Positions 46,816 through 56,980 of a stretch of DNA of 57,855 nucleotides are shown here, in pieces. The notes under the pieces are model-generated. The model made no database searches and was not told the DNA's origin. It was given only the letters and a program-made list of their open reading frames with translations. Position numbers and translations under genes: made by a program. The stretch covers positions 1-57,855 of the forward strand of contig CANNLR010000001.1 of the NCBI GenBank assembly GCA_947505635.1, read 5' to 3'. Source of the stretch: Chlamydiota bacterium. Lineage in GTDB: Bacteria; Chlamydiota; Chlamydiia; Chlamydiales; Rhabdochlamydiaceae. Position 1 is the stretch's first letter, and the number at the start of each line of letters is the position of its first letter.

Positions 46816-49410
46816 TTATTTAAACGGTTCTTTATCGCAGATAATGCCGATTTTTGGATCTAGTTTTAGTTTCAAAGTGTCGCCAGGCAATAAAATGCCT
46901 TCGATAATTTTTTTAGAAAGCAGGTTAACAACCTCATGCTGGATAAGCCTTTTTAAAGGTCTTGCTCCAAAGAAAGGATCGTATCCTTTTTCTGCTAGAT
47001 AAGATAAGACACTAGGATCCCAAGAAAAAAACATCTCTTTTTCTTTCAAGCGCTCTTGTACCTTAATTAATTGCAAGGTAGTGATTTTTTCCATATCTTT
47101 TTGTTGCAAAGGAATAAAGGGGAGAATCTCATCGAGTCGATTTAAGAACTCAGGACGAAAATGCGCTTTAATCGTTGGCTCTACAATATCTAAGACCATT
47201 TCTTTGGTGAATTCCTTATCTCTAGAATGAAGTTTTTCTAATAATTGCTCAGACCCTAGATTAGAAGTCATAATGAAGATCGCATTTTTACAGTTAACAG
47301 TTCTCCCTTTGCTGTCTGTTAATCTACCATCATCAAAAATTTGTAAGAGGATGTTGAATACATCAGGATGGGCCTTTTCAATTTCATCAAATAAGACGAC
47401 GCTATAGGGTCTTCTACGTAAAGCTTCTGTTAGTTGTCCTCCTTCTTCGTAGCCGACATAGCCTGGAGGAGATCCAATGAGTTTAGAGACAGAGTGTTTT
47501 TCCATATATTCAGACATATCAATTCTAAAAAGAGCTTCTTCTTGGTTAAAGAGTAAGTCAGCTAAAGCTTTAGCAAGTTCTGTTTTACCAACGCCTGTTG
47601 GACCAACAAACAAAAAGACGCCAAGGGGTCTTGCAGGATCGCTAAGACCTGCTCTTGAGCGTCTGATGGACTCACTAATAGCCTGGATAGCAAAGGATTG
47701 TCCAACCACTCTTTGAGATAAGGTATTTTCTAGTTGAAGAAGTTTTTGCGCATCACCTTCTAGCATTTTCTGTACAGGGATCCCTGTCCACTTAGCAACG
47801 ATTTGTGCGATAAGATTTTCATCGACTTCTTCTTGAAGAAGGCGACTCGGGAGTTTATTTAGAGCTTCCATCGCCTCTTCTTTTTCTTTAAGAATCTTAG
47901 GAATGGCGCTATACCTGATTTCTGCAACTTTGTTATAGTCAAGGGCCCGTTCTGCTTCTTCTTCTTGGAACTTCAATCTTTCTAAAGCATCTTTTTTTTC
48001 TTTTATGACTTCAAGCCACTTTTTTTCTTGATTCCATTTTTCTTTTAAGACCACAAGCTCTTCTTTGATCGAGGTGATTTTTAAAGCAAGCTCAGGTTGA
48101 GGGATTTTAGATCCCTCCCTTTTAAGAACTTCTTGTTTGATAATCGATTGACTGAGTTCCTTTTCTTTTAACTCTATAGGAAGAGGAAGGCTTCCCATCT
48201 GTAGACGGATGACGCTAGCTGCTTCATCGATTAAATCGATCGCTTTATCAGGTAGCTGTCTATCTGTGATGTAACGATGAGATAAAAAGACAGCAGCTTG
48301 AAGCGCCGAGTCTTGAATATGGACACCATGATAGATTTCATATTTTTCTTTAAGCCCTCGTAAGATGGTGATTGCATCTTCTAAAGAAGGCTCTTGGATT
48401 AATATCGTTTGAAATCGCCGTTCTAAAGCAGGATCTTTTTCTATGTATTTTTTGTATTCATTAAGGGTTGTAGCTCCTATGCAATGAAGAGTTCCTCTAG
48501 CTAGGGCAGGCTTTAATAAGTTAGCTGCATCTAAAGATCCTTCAGAGGCTCCAGCTCCAACTAGAGTGTGGACCTCATCGATAAATAGGATAATTTGTCC
48601 TTCGCTTTTTTCTACTTCTTTTAAGACTCCTTTCAGCCGTTCTTCAAACTCTCCACGGTATTTAGCGCCAGCAATCAAACTGCCCATGTCTAAGACGAAG
48701 ATCTGCTTATCTTTTAAAGAATCAGGAATATCTCCTTGGATGATTCGGATGGCGAGGCCTTCTGCTATAGCTGTTTTTCCAACTCCAGGATCGCCTATAA
48801 GCATGGGGTTGTTTTTTGTTCTTCGACTTAAAACCTGCATGGTTCTTCTGATTTCTTCATCTCGTCCGATAACAGGGTCTAATTTTCCTTGCTTGGCAAG
48901 AGCAGTAAGATTTTTGCAATATTTTTCTAAAGCTTGTAATCCAGATTCAGCAGAAGCAGAGTCCATAGAGGTTCCTCCTCGGATTTTTTCTATTTGTTGT
49001 TTAATGGTTTGAAGAGATAGTGGAGATTCTTTTTTCCAAGAGGTAAAAGGCTCTTGAGGAGCTTTCCAAAAAAGATACAGTAGATGGTCTGCACTGATGA
49101 AAGTGTCTTTCCACTCTTTTGCAAGATTCTCAGCTTCTAAAATTCTTTTTTGTAGTTGAGTAGACAATTTGGGAAGATCAGATTCATTTGTGAAAGAGGG
49201 AGCTCTTGCAGCTGTTTGTATAGCGGCATTTAAAAGGGCGGTTGGATTCAGATTCAAAGCTTTTATTAAGGAAGGAAAATAACCTGTGCTTTCTTCTAAA
49301 AGAGCTTGGAGTAGGTGGCTTTCTGTTACTTCTGTTTTTTTTGCTGCAAGGGCATTTTGGTAAGCCTGCTCTAAAGCAGAGGTAACGGATTCTGTAAATT
49401 GTGGTGCCAT
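46816..49410 (-). CDS. clpB: Chaperone ClpB
   Basis: Clp N domain, GDPGVGKT, coiled-coil middle domain, GPTGVGKT and GARPLKR. Confidence 0.96.
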   Translation of the reverse strand: MAPQFTESVTSALEQAYQNALAAKKTEVTESHLLQALLEESTGYFPSLIKALNLNPTALLNAAIQTAARAPSFTNESDLPKLSTQLQKRILEAENLAKEWKDTFISADHLLYLFWKAPQEPFTSWKKESPLSLQTIKQQIEKIRGGTSMDSASAESGLQALEKYCKNLTALAKQGKLDPVIGRDEEIRRTMQVLSRRTKNNPMLIGDPGVGKTAIAEGLAIRIIQGDIPDSLKDKQIFVLDMGSLIAGAKYRGEFEERLKGVLKEVEKSEGQIILFIDEVHTLVGAGASEGSLDAANLLKPALARGTLHCIGATTLNEYKKYIEKDPALERRFQTILIQEPSLEDAITILRGLKEKYEIYHGVHIQDSALQAAVFLSHRYITDRQLPDKAIDLIDEAASVIRLQMGSLPLPIELKEKELSQSIIKQEVLKREGSKIPQPELALKITSIKEELVVLKEKWNQEKKWLEVIKEKKDALERLKFQEEEAERALDYNKVAEIRYSAIPKILKEKEEAMEALNKLPSRLLQEEVDENLIAQIVAKWTGIPVQKMLEGDAQKLLQLENTLSQRVVGQSFAIQAISESIRRSRAGLSDPARPLGVFLFVGPTGVGKTELAKALADLLFNQEEALFRIDMSEYMEKHSVSKLIGSPPGYVGYEEGGQLTEALRRRPYSVVLFDEIEKAHPDVFNILLQIFDDGRLTDSKGRTVNCKNAIFIMTSNLGSEQLLEKLHSRDKEFTKEMVLDIVEPTIKAHFRPEFLNRLDEILPFIPLQQKDMEKITTLQLIKVQERLKEKEMFFSWDPSVLSYLAEKGYDPFFGARPLKRLIQHEVVNLLSKKIIEGILLPGDTLKLKLDPKIGIICDKEPFK

Positions 49411-49444
49411 AAAAACCTTCTAATACTTACATTAAGAATTAAAT

Positions 49445-49473
49445 AAAATAGTGGTTTTTACCTGATTTGTCAA
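49445..49473 (-). promoter_or_regulatory. Putative clpB promoter
   Basis: TTGACA-N17-TATTTT on the minus strand. Confidence 0.6.
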
Positions 49474-49500
49474 GCGGTGATGTGGGTGTTGATAAATTAT

Positions 49501-51057
49501 TTACACTCCCCAAACTTCCACAGTTTTGCCTTGTACTGTTTCTGTTTTATGATAAATTTTTTCTTCCCATGTTTTTTTGATATCTCGATCGAAAATGATA
49601 AGGTGACCTTCTTTGGAGCCTGTTTTATCCATATAACTTGCTGTTTGTTCTAAGCCTAAAGGCAAGGTGTCTTTTGTTCTATTTATTTTTAGTTCTATGA
49701 CAAAACGTTGACTTTTCCATGTGATGAGAAGATCTGCCCGTCTTCGTCCTAAAGCATATTCTCGGTGAATCGTTCCCCCTCCATTAATAATTCTTTGCAA
49801 GAAGGCTAAAAGTAAGAGATGGGGCCCTGCTTCTTTATAAGCAAACCCTTCTAACCATATTTCAGAATTTTCTCGATAAAATTGCGTAAAAGCTTTTAAG
49901 AGTTTAGGGATATTTAGTGAGCCGTCGTTTTCTTGATACCAAGAAAGTTGTTGTAGGATTTCTTCTTGCCTTGTGTGAGCAAGAGCCCTTGGGATGATTT
50001 CTTGATAAATGGGGTTTGCAATGCGAATCTCCTTTCTACTGATGAGTCCTAAATCTCGTACGTATTGGAGATCATCTGGATCAAACCCAGGTCCATCGCT
50101 GCTGCTAAGGAGAATATCTATGATCTTTAGTACTCTAGGTTCATTAAGCCTGTCTAAAAGGGCATCCATGTGAGTATCGTATCTTTTAATCAACGCTTCT
50201 CTTGCTTTTTCTATTACCTGCAGCGTGATGGGTTGAGATCGATCCTGCACATCTCGAAAGCAAGCTTGATAGGCTAGAGCATTTACAAGCCAGGGCTGAC
50301 CTTGTGTTTGGGTAAAGGCATATTCTATTGCTTCATCTGTGAAAATTTGCCCAGTCTCTTCTGTATGTTGTCTATATAGGTTTTTGATATTCTCCAATGA
50401 AAAGTCAGGAAGAATTAAAGATTCAGCTTTGATATTAAAAGGACTATAAAGAACTCCGAGCTCTTCTTGCTGTTTTGTTTTGATTTTATAATCTCGTAAG
50501 TCTCGGACTCCAACTAAACAGATAGTTTGAGGGAAATGTTTAGGACGATCCGTGTATCCTGTACGAAGCTGTGTTAGCATAGCAATTAAGGACTCTCCTG
50601 CTAATACATCAAATTCGTCAAAAAAAAGCACAAGTGGTTTTTTACTATTTTTGGCCCAAAAATATAAGAAACTCAAAACGCCGCTTTCTTTAATGGGTTC
50701 ATTAAGGACTTTTTCAAGGTAAGCTAAAGCTTTTTTTTCCTTAGGCAAAAAGCTCTCTATTTTATTTCTAAATTGTTCGAGAATTATTTGTACGGCACGG
50801 GTCACGTCATTTACGGCTATACGTGCCGATTCAATGGAAAGGTATAATGCTTTATAGGTTCCTTCTTGATTAAGATGGTTTACAAATTCAATAATGGCTG
50901 TTGTTTTTCCGCTTTTCCTAGGAGCATGAAGGACGAAGTAGTATTCTTTTTTAATAAAATCAGTTAGTTGGGTCCAATCGAGTCGATGGGGTATGAAATA
51001 GTGCTTGTGTGGGTTAATTGCGCCAACGGTATTAAAAAATCTTTCGTTTTTAGACAT
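49501..51057 (-). CDS. AAA ATPase fused to a PD-(D/E)XK nuclease-like domain
   Basis: FFNT.G, Walker A APRKSGKTT, FFDEFD, SPFNI, GQPWLVN and REY..G..R.DL....IELK...Q...Y motifs. Confidence 0.87.
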   Translation of the reverse strand: MSKNERFFNTVGAINPHKHYFIPHRLDWTQLTDFIKKEYYFVLHAPRKSGKTTAIIEFVNHLNQEGTYKALYLSIESARIAVNDVTRAVQIILEQFRNKIESFLPKEKKALAYLEKVLNEPIKESGVLSFLYFWAKNSKKPLVLFFDEFDVLAGESLIAMLTQLRTGYTDRPKHFPQTICLVGVRDLRDYKIKTKQQEELGVLYSPFNIKAESLILPDFSLENIKNLYRQHTEETGQIFTDEAIEYAFTQTQGQPWLVNALAYQACFRDVQDRSQPITLQVIEKAREALIKRYDTHMDALLDRLNEPRVLKIIDILLSSSDGPGFDPDDLQYVRDLGLISRKEIRIANPIYQEIIPRALAHTRQEEILQQLSWYQENDGSLNIPKLLKAFTQFYRENSEIWLEGFAYKEAGPHLLLLAFLQRIINGGGTIHREYALGRRRADLLITWKSQRFVIELKINRTKDTLPLGLEQTASYMDKTGSKEGHLIIFDRDIKKTWEEKIYHKTETVQGKTVEVWGV

Positions 51058-51215
51058 GATTTTCTCTTAAGTAAGTTGGCTAAAGTATACGGAAGAATAT
51101 AAGCCTTGTCTAGTATTTTTATTAAAAGTCTGGACAGGAAAACTTCTCTTGCTAAGCAATGAAGTAAAAATGTATTTTCCCCTTTTTCTGGTTTTATCTA
51201 AAAAGGGGTATTTTT

Positions 51216-52757
51216 ATGAGTAAGCTTTTTTTGTTCTCTTTGATAGTTTTGGCTCATGGTCTTAAGTTGCCACTTCAGTCTCAGACGTCAGTTTTGACGA
51301 TTTTGACCTTCAATGATGTGTATGAGATTATTCCAGATTCTTTAGGGAGAGGGGGATTTGCTGAAATGCAAACTCTTTTAAAGGAAGAAAGAGCTAAGTC
51401 AAAACATCATATTACTACTGTTAATGGAGATTTCTTATCCCCGTCTCTTTTATCAACGCTTGATAAAGGAGCACATCGTATTGATCTTTTTAATCGTTTA
51501 GGCATTGATGTTGTTATTTTGGGAAACCATGAGTTTGATTTTGGGCCTGATGAGGTGAAAAAAAGGATTCAAGAATCGCATTTCCCTTGGCTAACAGCAA
51601 ATGCTATAGGACTGGATGGTAAGCCTTTCACAGGAGATCAACAAACTATAATTTTAGATGTAGAGGGGATTAAGGTGGGCTTTTTTGGTCTTGTTACGGT
51701 TGAGACTCCTAATTTGTCTGCTACAGGCAAAAAAGTTTGTTTTTCCCCTCTAGTCTACACAGCAAAAGAGATGATAGCAGATCTTAAAAGTCAGGGGGCT
51801 GATGTGATTGTAGCTCTTACGCATCTTCATATAAAAGAGGATAGATGGCTTGCTGAGGAAGTGCCAGAAATTGCTGTCATTTTAGGAGGTCATGATCATG
51901 AAGTTGAAACGTATCATAATGATAAAACATTTATTCATAAATCGGGACAGAATGCTTATTATCTAACTAGGTTAGATCTGATTTTAGAAAAAAATGAAGA
52001 GACTAATAAGGTCGATGTCTTGCCTTCTTGGAATGTTATTTTAAATAAGAATTTTCCTAAAGATCCAGAGATCGCAGCTATTGTCGATAATCTGCAAGCT
52101 ACTTTAGAAAAATTCACAAGAGAGCCTATAGGAATAATGGGTATGCACTGTGATACTTTATCTAGTAATGTAAGGGCAAGGGAGTCTAAGTTTGCTAATC
52201 TAATTGTGGATGCTCTTCGAGAATCTTGCGGGGCTGATATTGGGTTTATCAGTGGAGGACTCATTCGGGGAAATAAATCCTATGAGCCGGGCATGGTGTT
52301 AACTTTGAGAAGTTTTTTAACGGAGCTTCCTTTTCAAAATGTCGCTGTTATGGTTGATATTGCGGGGGCAAGTATCTTAGAAGCTTTAGAAAATGGAGTT
52401 TCTAGAGCAGGGGCAAATGCGGGACGATTTCCTCAAGTATCTGGAATGCAATTTTATTATGATGTTAATCAGCCTGTTGGGAAGCGAGTGCAAGATGTGT
52501 TTGTGGGAAAAGAATCTTTAGACCTTAAAAAAATGTATAAAGTAGCTACCGTTGATTATGTTTTAAATGGAGGCGACGGATATGAGATGTTTAAAAGTGG
52601 GAAGATTTTATTAAGTCCTTTAAGAGAAATATCTCTTGTGGATCTTGTAGTGTCTCATGTGCAAAAGATGCCTTCTATCGTAAGCTATTTAGAAGATAGA
52701 ATTCTTGTTAAAGAGGGGAGTTTGAAATTGGATGATATTGCAGAGCTTATTCGATAG
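51216..52757 (+). CDS. Exported 5'-nucleotidase-family metallophosphoesterase
   Basis: Signal peptide; FNDVY, GDFLSPS, GNHEFD, LTH and GGHDH motifs; C-terminal domain with GRFPQVSG and GGDGY. Confidence 0.92.
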   Translation: MSKLFLFSLIVLAHGLKLPLQSQTSVLTILTFNDVYEIIPDSLGRGGFAEMQTLLKEERAKSKHHITTVNGDFLSPSLLSTLDKGAHRIDLFNRLGIDVVILGNHEFDFGPDEVKKRIQESHFPWLTANAIGLDGKPFTGDQQTIILDVEGIKVGFFGLVTVETPNLSATGKKVCFSPLVYTAKEMIADLKSQGADVIVALTHLHIKEDRWLAEEVPEIAVILGGHDHEVETYHNDKTFIHKSGQNAYYLTRLDLILEKNEETNKVDVLPSWNVILNKNFPKDPEIAAIVDNLQATLEKFTREPIGIMGMHCDTLSSNVRARESKFANLIVDALRESCGADIGFISGGLIRGNKSYEPGMVLTLRSFLTELPFQNVAVMVDIAGASILEALENGVSRAGANAGRFPQVSGMQFYYDVNQPVGKRVQDVFVGKESLDLKKMYKVATVDYVLNGGDGYEMFKSGKILLSPLREISLVDLVVSHVQKMPSIVSYLEDRILVKEGSLKLDDIAELIR

Positions 52758-53055
52758 AGTAGGTTGAAGGTTTTGCCTTAACTTGTTTTTGTGATTGCGT
52801 ATTGATGATGAGATAGGGATAAAGATCGGATCCCCCTAGGGTGATTTGTAGAGGGAAAGGAGATATCCAAAGGCGGCTTATTTCCAGATCTTCCGGATCG
52901 ACATCCCAGGCTGAATTGTCATTTAAAAGGAGCCTTTGTCCTCCATTCATATTGATTTCTAGATGCAGAAGAGCGCCTTCAGGAAGAAGTCTTGAGGCTT
53001 TTTCTGCGTAGCAAGGATAAAAGAAGAAGGTAAGTGCGAATGTAAGGTATATCAT
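52747..53055 (-). CDS. Small exported hypothetical protein
   Basis: Signal peptide; L.L.D.S.W.V and YPY...N patterns. Confidence 0.7.
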   Translation of the reverse strand: MIYLTFALTFFFYPCYAEKASRLLPEGALLHLEINMNGGQRLLLNDNSAWDVDPEDLEISRLWISPFPLQITLGGSDLYPYLIINTQSQKQVKAKPSTYSIE

Positions 53056-53058
53056 ATT

Positions 53059-53571
53059 CTAATGCAGCGTTTTGGGAATTATGGGAATGAAAGTAGAAAG
53101 GTCTGGCTTAGGAAAGTCTTTTGTAAAGTTGGCTTCAAGAAAGGGGGGCCAAGTGACATTTTTTCCAAAAATCAAGACTTCTCCTCGAAGAATAACATTG
53201 TCGCCGTCTTTCCATAATTTAGCTGTATATTTTTTCCCTTTAGTTGGGTCTACAACATATCCTTTATATTTGCTGTTTTGATTTGCTTTAGTTGTCCAAA
53301 CTATATCAAGTCCACTGTAGTAAGGATTTCCTACAATTCCGGGGGCTCTATCTTTAGGATGGTAGATCGTGTCATCCATAAGACCCTCTGCATTATAAGT
53401 AGCAATGATTCTGCCATAGTATTGCCCTTCGTAAGGATAGATAGCGATGATGGAGCTTGGTCTATTTGTTTTTTTGTTAAGAGTTGTCCAAAATCCTGTA
53501 ATATTATCAGCTCTTGCGTAGGAAAAAAGGAGAAGAAAGAGGAGAACGAAAGAGGTGGTTTTTTTTAACAT
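53059..53571 (-). CDS. DUF2147 family exported protein
   Basis: Signal peptide; I.G.W.T, GL.I, G...DP..GK.Y, LRG and G....W patterns. Confidence 0.82.
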   Translation of the reverse strand: MLKKTTSFVLLFLLLFSYARADNITGFWTTLNKKTNRPSSIIAIYPYEGQYYGRIIATYNAEGLMDDTIYHPKDRAPGIVGNPYYSGLDIVWTTKANQNSKYKGYVVDPTKGKKYTAKLWKDGDNVILRGEVLIFGKNVTWPPFLEANFTKDFPKPDLSTFIPIIPKTLH

Positions 53572-53635
53572 AAAAAAGGCCTGCCAGTTGTAAATGTTTT
53601 ATTTTACATCCATAGCAGTTTTTTATTAAAAAGAA

Positions 53636-53664
53636 AAGAGACTTCTGAAAAGTAGAAGTCTCTT
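53636..53664 (-). terminator. Intrinsic terminator after the cyclophilin gene
   Basis: AAGAGACTTCT / AGAAGTCTCTT stem with a T-rich tail on the minus strand. Confidence 0.75.
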
Positions 53665-53675
53665 AAGAAGAATTC

Positions 53676-54233
53676 TTATTGTTTTACATAGATTTTAATG
53701 ATTTTTTGAGTCTCTAAGGGACGGTCACCAGTGCCTGTTTTTGTAGCATCCATTTTTTTAATAACATCATAACCACTTGTAACTTCTCCAAAAATAGTGT
53801 GCTTTTGGTTAAGCCATGGGGTAGAGGCTGTTGTGATAAAGAATTGGCTGCCATTAGTATTAGGTCCTCTGTTAGCCATAGCTAAGAGTCCTGGACGGTC
53901 AAATTTTACAGAAGGTGAATATTCATCTTCGAAATTTTTATTCCACATAGATTGTCCTCCAGCTCCTGTTCCTGTAGGATCTCCTCCTTGGATCATGAAA
54001 TCTTTAATAATCCTATGGAAAGTGATGCCATTATAGTAACCACTTGTGGCTAAATGGACAAAGTTTTCTGAGGCTTTTGGAGCAATATCAGATTTTAATG
54101 TGACTTCAAAAGTTCCTTGTGTTGTCTCTACAACAACGATGGTAGGTTTGTTAGTGGACATATTGTCTGCCTTGGCTTGGGTTGAAAATAAAGAGCTTAT
54201 CGCGAGCAAGCCTTTAAATACTAGGGATTTCAT
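53676..54233 (-). CDS. Cyclophilin-type peptidyl-prolyl isomerase with signal peptide
   Basis: FHRIIKDFMIQGGDPTGTG, LAMANRGPNTNGSQFFIT and WL..KHTIFG motifs. Confidence 0.95.
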   Translation of the reverse strand: MKSLVFKGLLAISSLFSTQAKADNMSTNKPTIVVVETTQGTFEVTLKSDIAPKASENFVHLATSGYYNGITFHRIIKDFMIQGGDPTGTGAGGQSMWNKNFEDEYSPSVKFDRPGLLAMANRGPNTNGSQFFITTASTPWLNQKHTIFGEVTSGYDVIKKMDATKTGTGDRPLETQKIIKIYVKQ

Positions 54234-54496
54234 CGAAGATTCTCCTTTTTAGAGTTTTTGTTTACTCTTTAGATTTTGAAGGTTTTGCTGCTTTTAGTAC
54301 AAGAGTTTAGCCTAAAAAATAGAACCTTTTTTTGATTAAATAAAATATTTGCTCAAGTTTTTGTAAAATATTTTATTTGTTCTTGGCTTAAGTCTTAAGA
54401 GTTTGGGAAAAGATCGTCAAAAAAAAGTTTTTTAGTGATTGTTAATTGTTTTTTAGTGTATTATCTTATGGATTTTGCCTACAAGGAATGGTGCTG

Positions 54497-56014
54497 ATGT
54501 CTGTTGAGGAAAAAAAATTTGGAGTTCTTAGATCTTTGTTTTGGCCGGTGCATCGGTCAGAAGTGAAAAAAGTTGTATCTATGTTGATTTTACTTTTTTT
54601 ACTGTGTATTTGTTACAACCTCTTAAGAAACCTTAAAGATACAATTGTGCTGACGGCAAAGCATTCGGGGGCTGAAGCTATTCCTTTTTTGAAGGTTTGG
54701 GGGATTTTACCAGGAGCCATTGCAGCGACTTGGGTATATACAAGGTTGGCCAGGCATTTTTCAAAAGAGTCTGTTTTTTATATTGTGGTTGCTAGTTTTC
54801 TTCTTTATTTTCTTTTATTTACATTCGTTATTCACCCTAACAGCGAAGTCTTACATTTAGACACCTTTGGAAATTGGTTGACTTCTCATGTGCCTACAGG
54901 TTTTAAGGGAATGATTGCCATGATTCGCAACTGGACGTTCACTTCTTTTTACGTCATTTCGGAGCTTTGGGCCACGGTTGTTTTGACAGTGTTATTCTGG
55001 GGATTTGCTAACGATAGTACAGAAATTTCTCAAGCTAAGAGAACGTATGGAATTTTGAATATAGGTTCTAATGTAGCTCCTATTTTAGGAGGGGGTATTG
55101 GGATTTTATGCGGAAGTGCTTTTTCTTCTTCAGCTCAAGACATGTGGAGACAGACTTTGGTTAGCACAACATTGACGTTGACCTGTTTAGGTTTAATTGC
55201 TATTGGCGTTTTCTATTGGATTAACCGGAACGTTATTATAAAAGAAGAGTCTAAGCCTATTCAAGGCGAACCTGTTATAAAAAAAGAAAAACTAAAGTTG
55301 TCGATCAGGGAAAGTATTAAATATATCTCCAAATCAAAATACTTACTTTGTCTAGCGATGATTGTCCTTGGATATAATATATCTATTAATGTGACGGATA
55401 TCTTATGGAAAGAACAGTTAACGAGATTCTTTTTTTTAAAGCCTAATGAAATGCTTAGGCATATGAATATGATCACAATGGGAACGGGTATTGTAGCTAC
55501 TCTGTGTGGAGCCCTATTTTCTGTTATGGTAAGTAGGTTAGGTTGGACTTTTGTCGCTATATTAACTCCTTTAGTTATGATGGTCATGGCTGTTGGCTTT
55601 TTCACTTTTCTTTTTTGTGGGGATGCCCTAACGAGTTTTGCTATGATTCTGTTTGGAGCCTCTCCCTTTGCTCTAACGGTGTATTTTGGTTCCTTGCAAA
55701 ATTGCTTAAGTAAAGCAGGCAAGTATTCGGTCTTTGATGCTTCAAAAGAACTAGCCTTCTTGCCGTTGGATGCGGACTCTAAATTGCGTGGGAAAGCAGC
55801 TATTGACGGACTAGGAGCTGGGGTCGGTAAATCAGGAGCTTCTTTGACTTATCAAGGATTAATCATTATTTTAGGTGGGATTGGCGCTTCTACTCCCTAT
55901 ATTTCAGGGATTTTGTTTGTTGTTTTAGGCGCTTGGATTCTTTCTGTTATGAGGCTTGGAGGATTATTTAAGCAGGTTGTTTTAAAAGAACCTACTCAAG
56001 TGAGAGCTCTTTAG
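54497..56014 (+). CDS. Npt/NTT family nucleotide transporter (Npt2-like)
   Basis: FWP....E.KK, Y..LR.LKD, AE.IPF.K.W, FY...ELW, FWGFAN, KY..FD..KE...PLD and GKAAID..G...GKSG motifs. Confidence 0.92.
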   Translation: MSVEEKKFGVLRSLFWPVHRSEVKKVVSMLILLFLLCICYNLLRNLKDTIVLTAKHSGAEAIPFLKVWGILPGAIAATWVYTRLARHFSKESVFYIVVASFLLYFLLFTFVIHPNSEVLHLDTFGNWLTSHVPTGFKGMIAMIRNWTFTSFYVISELWATVVLTVLFWGFANDSTEISQAKRTYGILNIGSNVAPILGGGIGILCGSAFSSSAQDMWRQTLVSTTLTLTCLGLIAIGVFYWINRNVIIKEESKPIQGEPVIKKEKLKLSIRESIKYISKSKYLLCLAMIVLGYNISINVTDILWKEQLTRFFFLKPNEMLRHMNMITMGTGIVATLCGALFSVMVSRLGWTFVAILTPLVMMVMAVGFFTFLFCGDALTSFAMILFGASPFALTVYFGSLQNCLSKAGKYSVFDASKELAFLPLDADSKLRGKAAIDGLGAGVGKSGASLTYQGLIIILGGIGASTPYISGILFVVLGAWILSVMRLGGLFKQVVLKEPTQVRAL

Positions 56015-56980
56015 AAGTTCTTCTTGAAAGCCTGTTATAGATAACGCCCCTCCCGAATGGATCCATAGGGCCGGCTTTTCAGTTATGAGCTCTTCAGCTG
56101 TAAGGTAAAGCTTTGCTGTGTAAAGAGGGTCTAGGAAGAAGCCTTCTTCTCTTGCAACTCTCGTGATGGTTTCAAAGACTTTTTTATTGCAGGATCCAAA
56201 GCTTTTAGCGGTTATAGGGAAGGTTGTTTGATAATTGTCTATAAGAGGAACTGTTTCTTGCAGAGCCTCTTCTAAGATGGATTGGAAAAAAAGAAGTTCT
56301 TTAAGAAAGCTTTCCTTCGTTCCTGCTAATAAAACAACAGTGATTTGAATCTTTTTTTGCAGGTAGGTTAGTCCTAGAATCAAAGCCGCGGCTGTAAGGC
56401 CAGTTCCTGCGTCAACAAAGATGTGGTTGAATTCTTTTCCTGTTTCTTTTTCATTCGCCAAAATATCTAAAGCTAATGTTAAGGCTCCAAAAAAACCTTC
56501 TTTCATGCAGCCTCCTAAAGGGATCCAAAAGAATGTTTTTTGTAGGGCCTCTTCCCATGATTGTATCCAAGATTTTGATAAAGAATCGGGAGCTTTTTCA
56601 ATCCAGATGAGTTCTCCTTTAGTAAGAAGAAGAGAGAGAAAAAAGAAATTCCCTTGAGGAGCTCCTGTTTTTGGCTTTTCTAAAAAGAGTTGATAGGGAA
56701 GGTTTTCTTGTTTGAGCAGTTGTACTAAAGAAAGGATGTGATTGGAATAGGCAGAACCTACTAAAGCAATGGTCGTATTCTTGTTTTTTTTAAGAATGGG
56801 AAGGATCGATGCATATTTTCTCAGTTTGGAGCCGCTAACACTAAAGCTCAATTCATCTTCTCTTTTTACGTAAAGATCACTTTTTTGCATCTTATGCACT
56901 CTAGAATGCAGATTGAAAGAGGAAGAGGTGTGTAGATTGCAAAGTTCTTGTAACTTGTGTAGAGCGTCAGGTTTTGTCAT
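55982..56980 (-). CDS. PLP-dependent ACC deaminase / D-cysteine desulfhydrase family protein
   Basis: KRED......GSKLRK, SNH, IP.GG, AGTG.T, LDP.YTAK and IHSGG motifs. Confidence 0.85.
   Translation of the reverse strand: MTKPDALHKLQELCNLHTSSSFNLHSRVHKMQKSDLYVKREDELSFSVSGSKLRKYASILPILKKNKNTTIALVGSAYSNHILSLVQLLKQENLPYQLFLEKPKTGAPQGNFFFLSLLLTKGELIWIEKAPDSLSKSWIQSWEEALQKTFFWIPLGGCMKEGFFGALTLALDILANEKETGKEFNHIFVDAGTGLTAAALILGLTYLQKKIQITVVLLAGTKESFLKELLFFQSILEEALQETVPLIDNYQTTFPITAKSFGSCNKKVFETITRVAREEGFFLDPLYTAKLYLTAEELITEKPALWIHSGGALSITGFQEELLKSSHLSRFF

Noticed and set aside
49411..49500. CIRCE/HrcA site upstream of clpB
   Set aside because: No TTAGCACTC-N9-GAGTGCTAA-like sequence is present.
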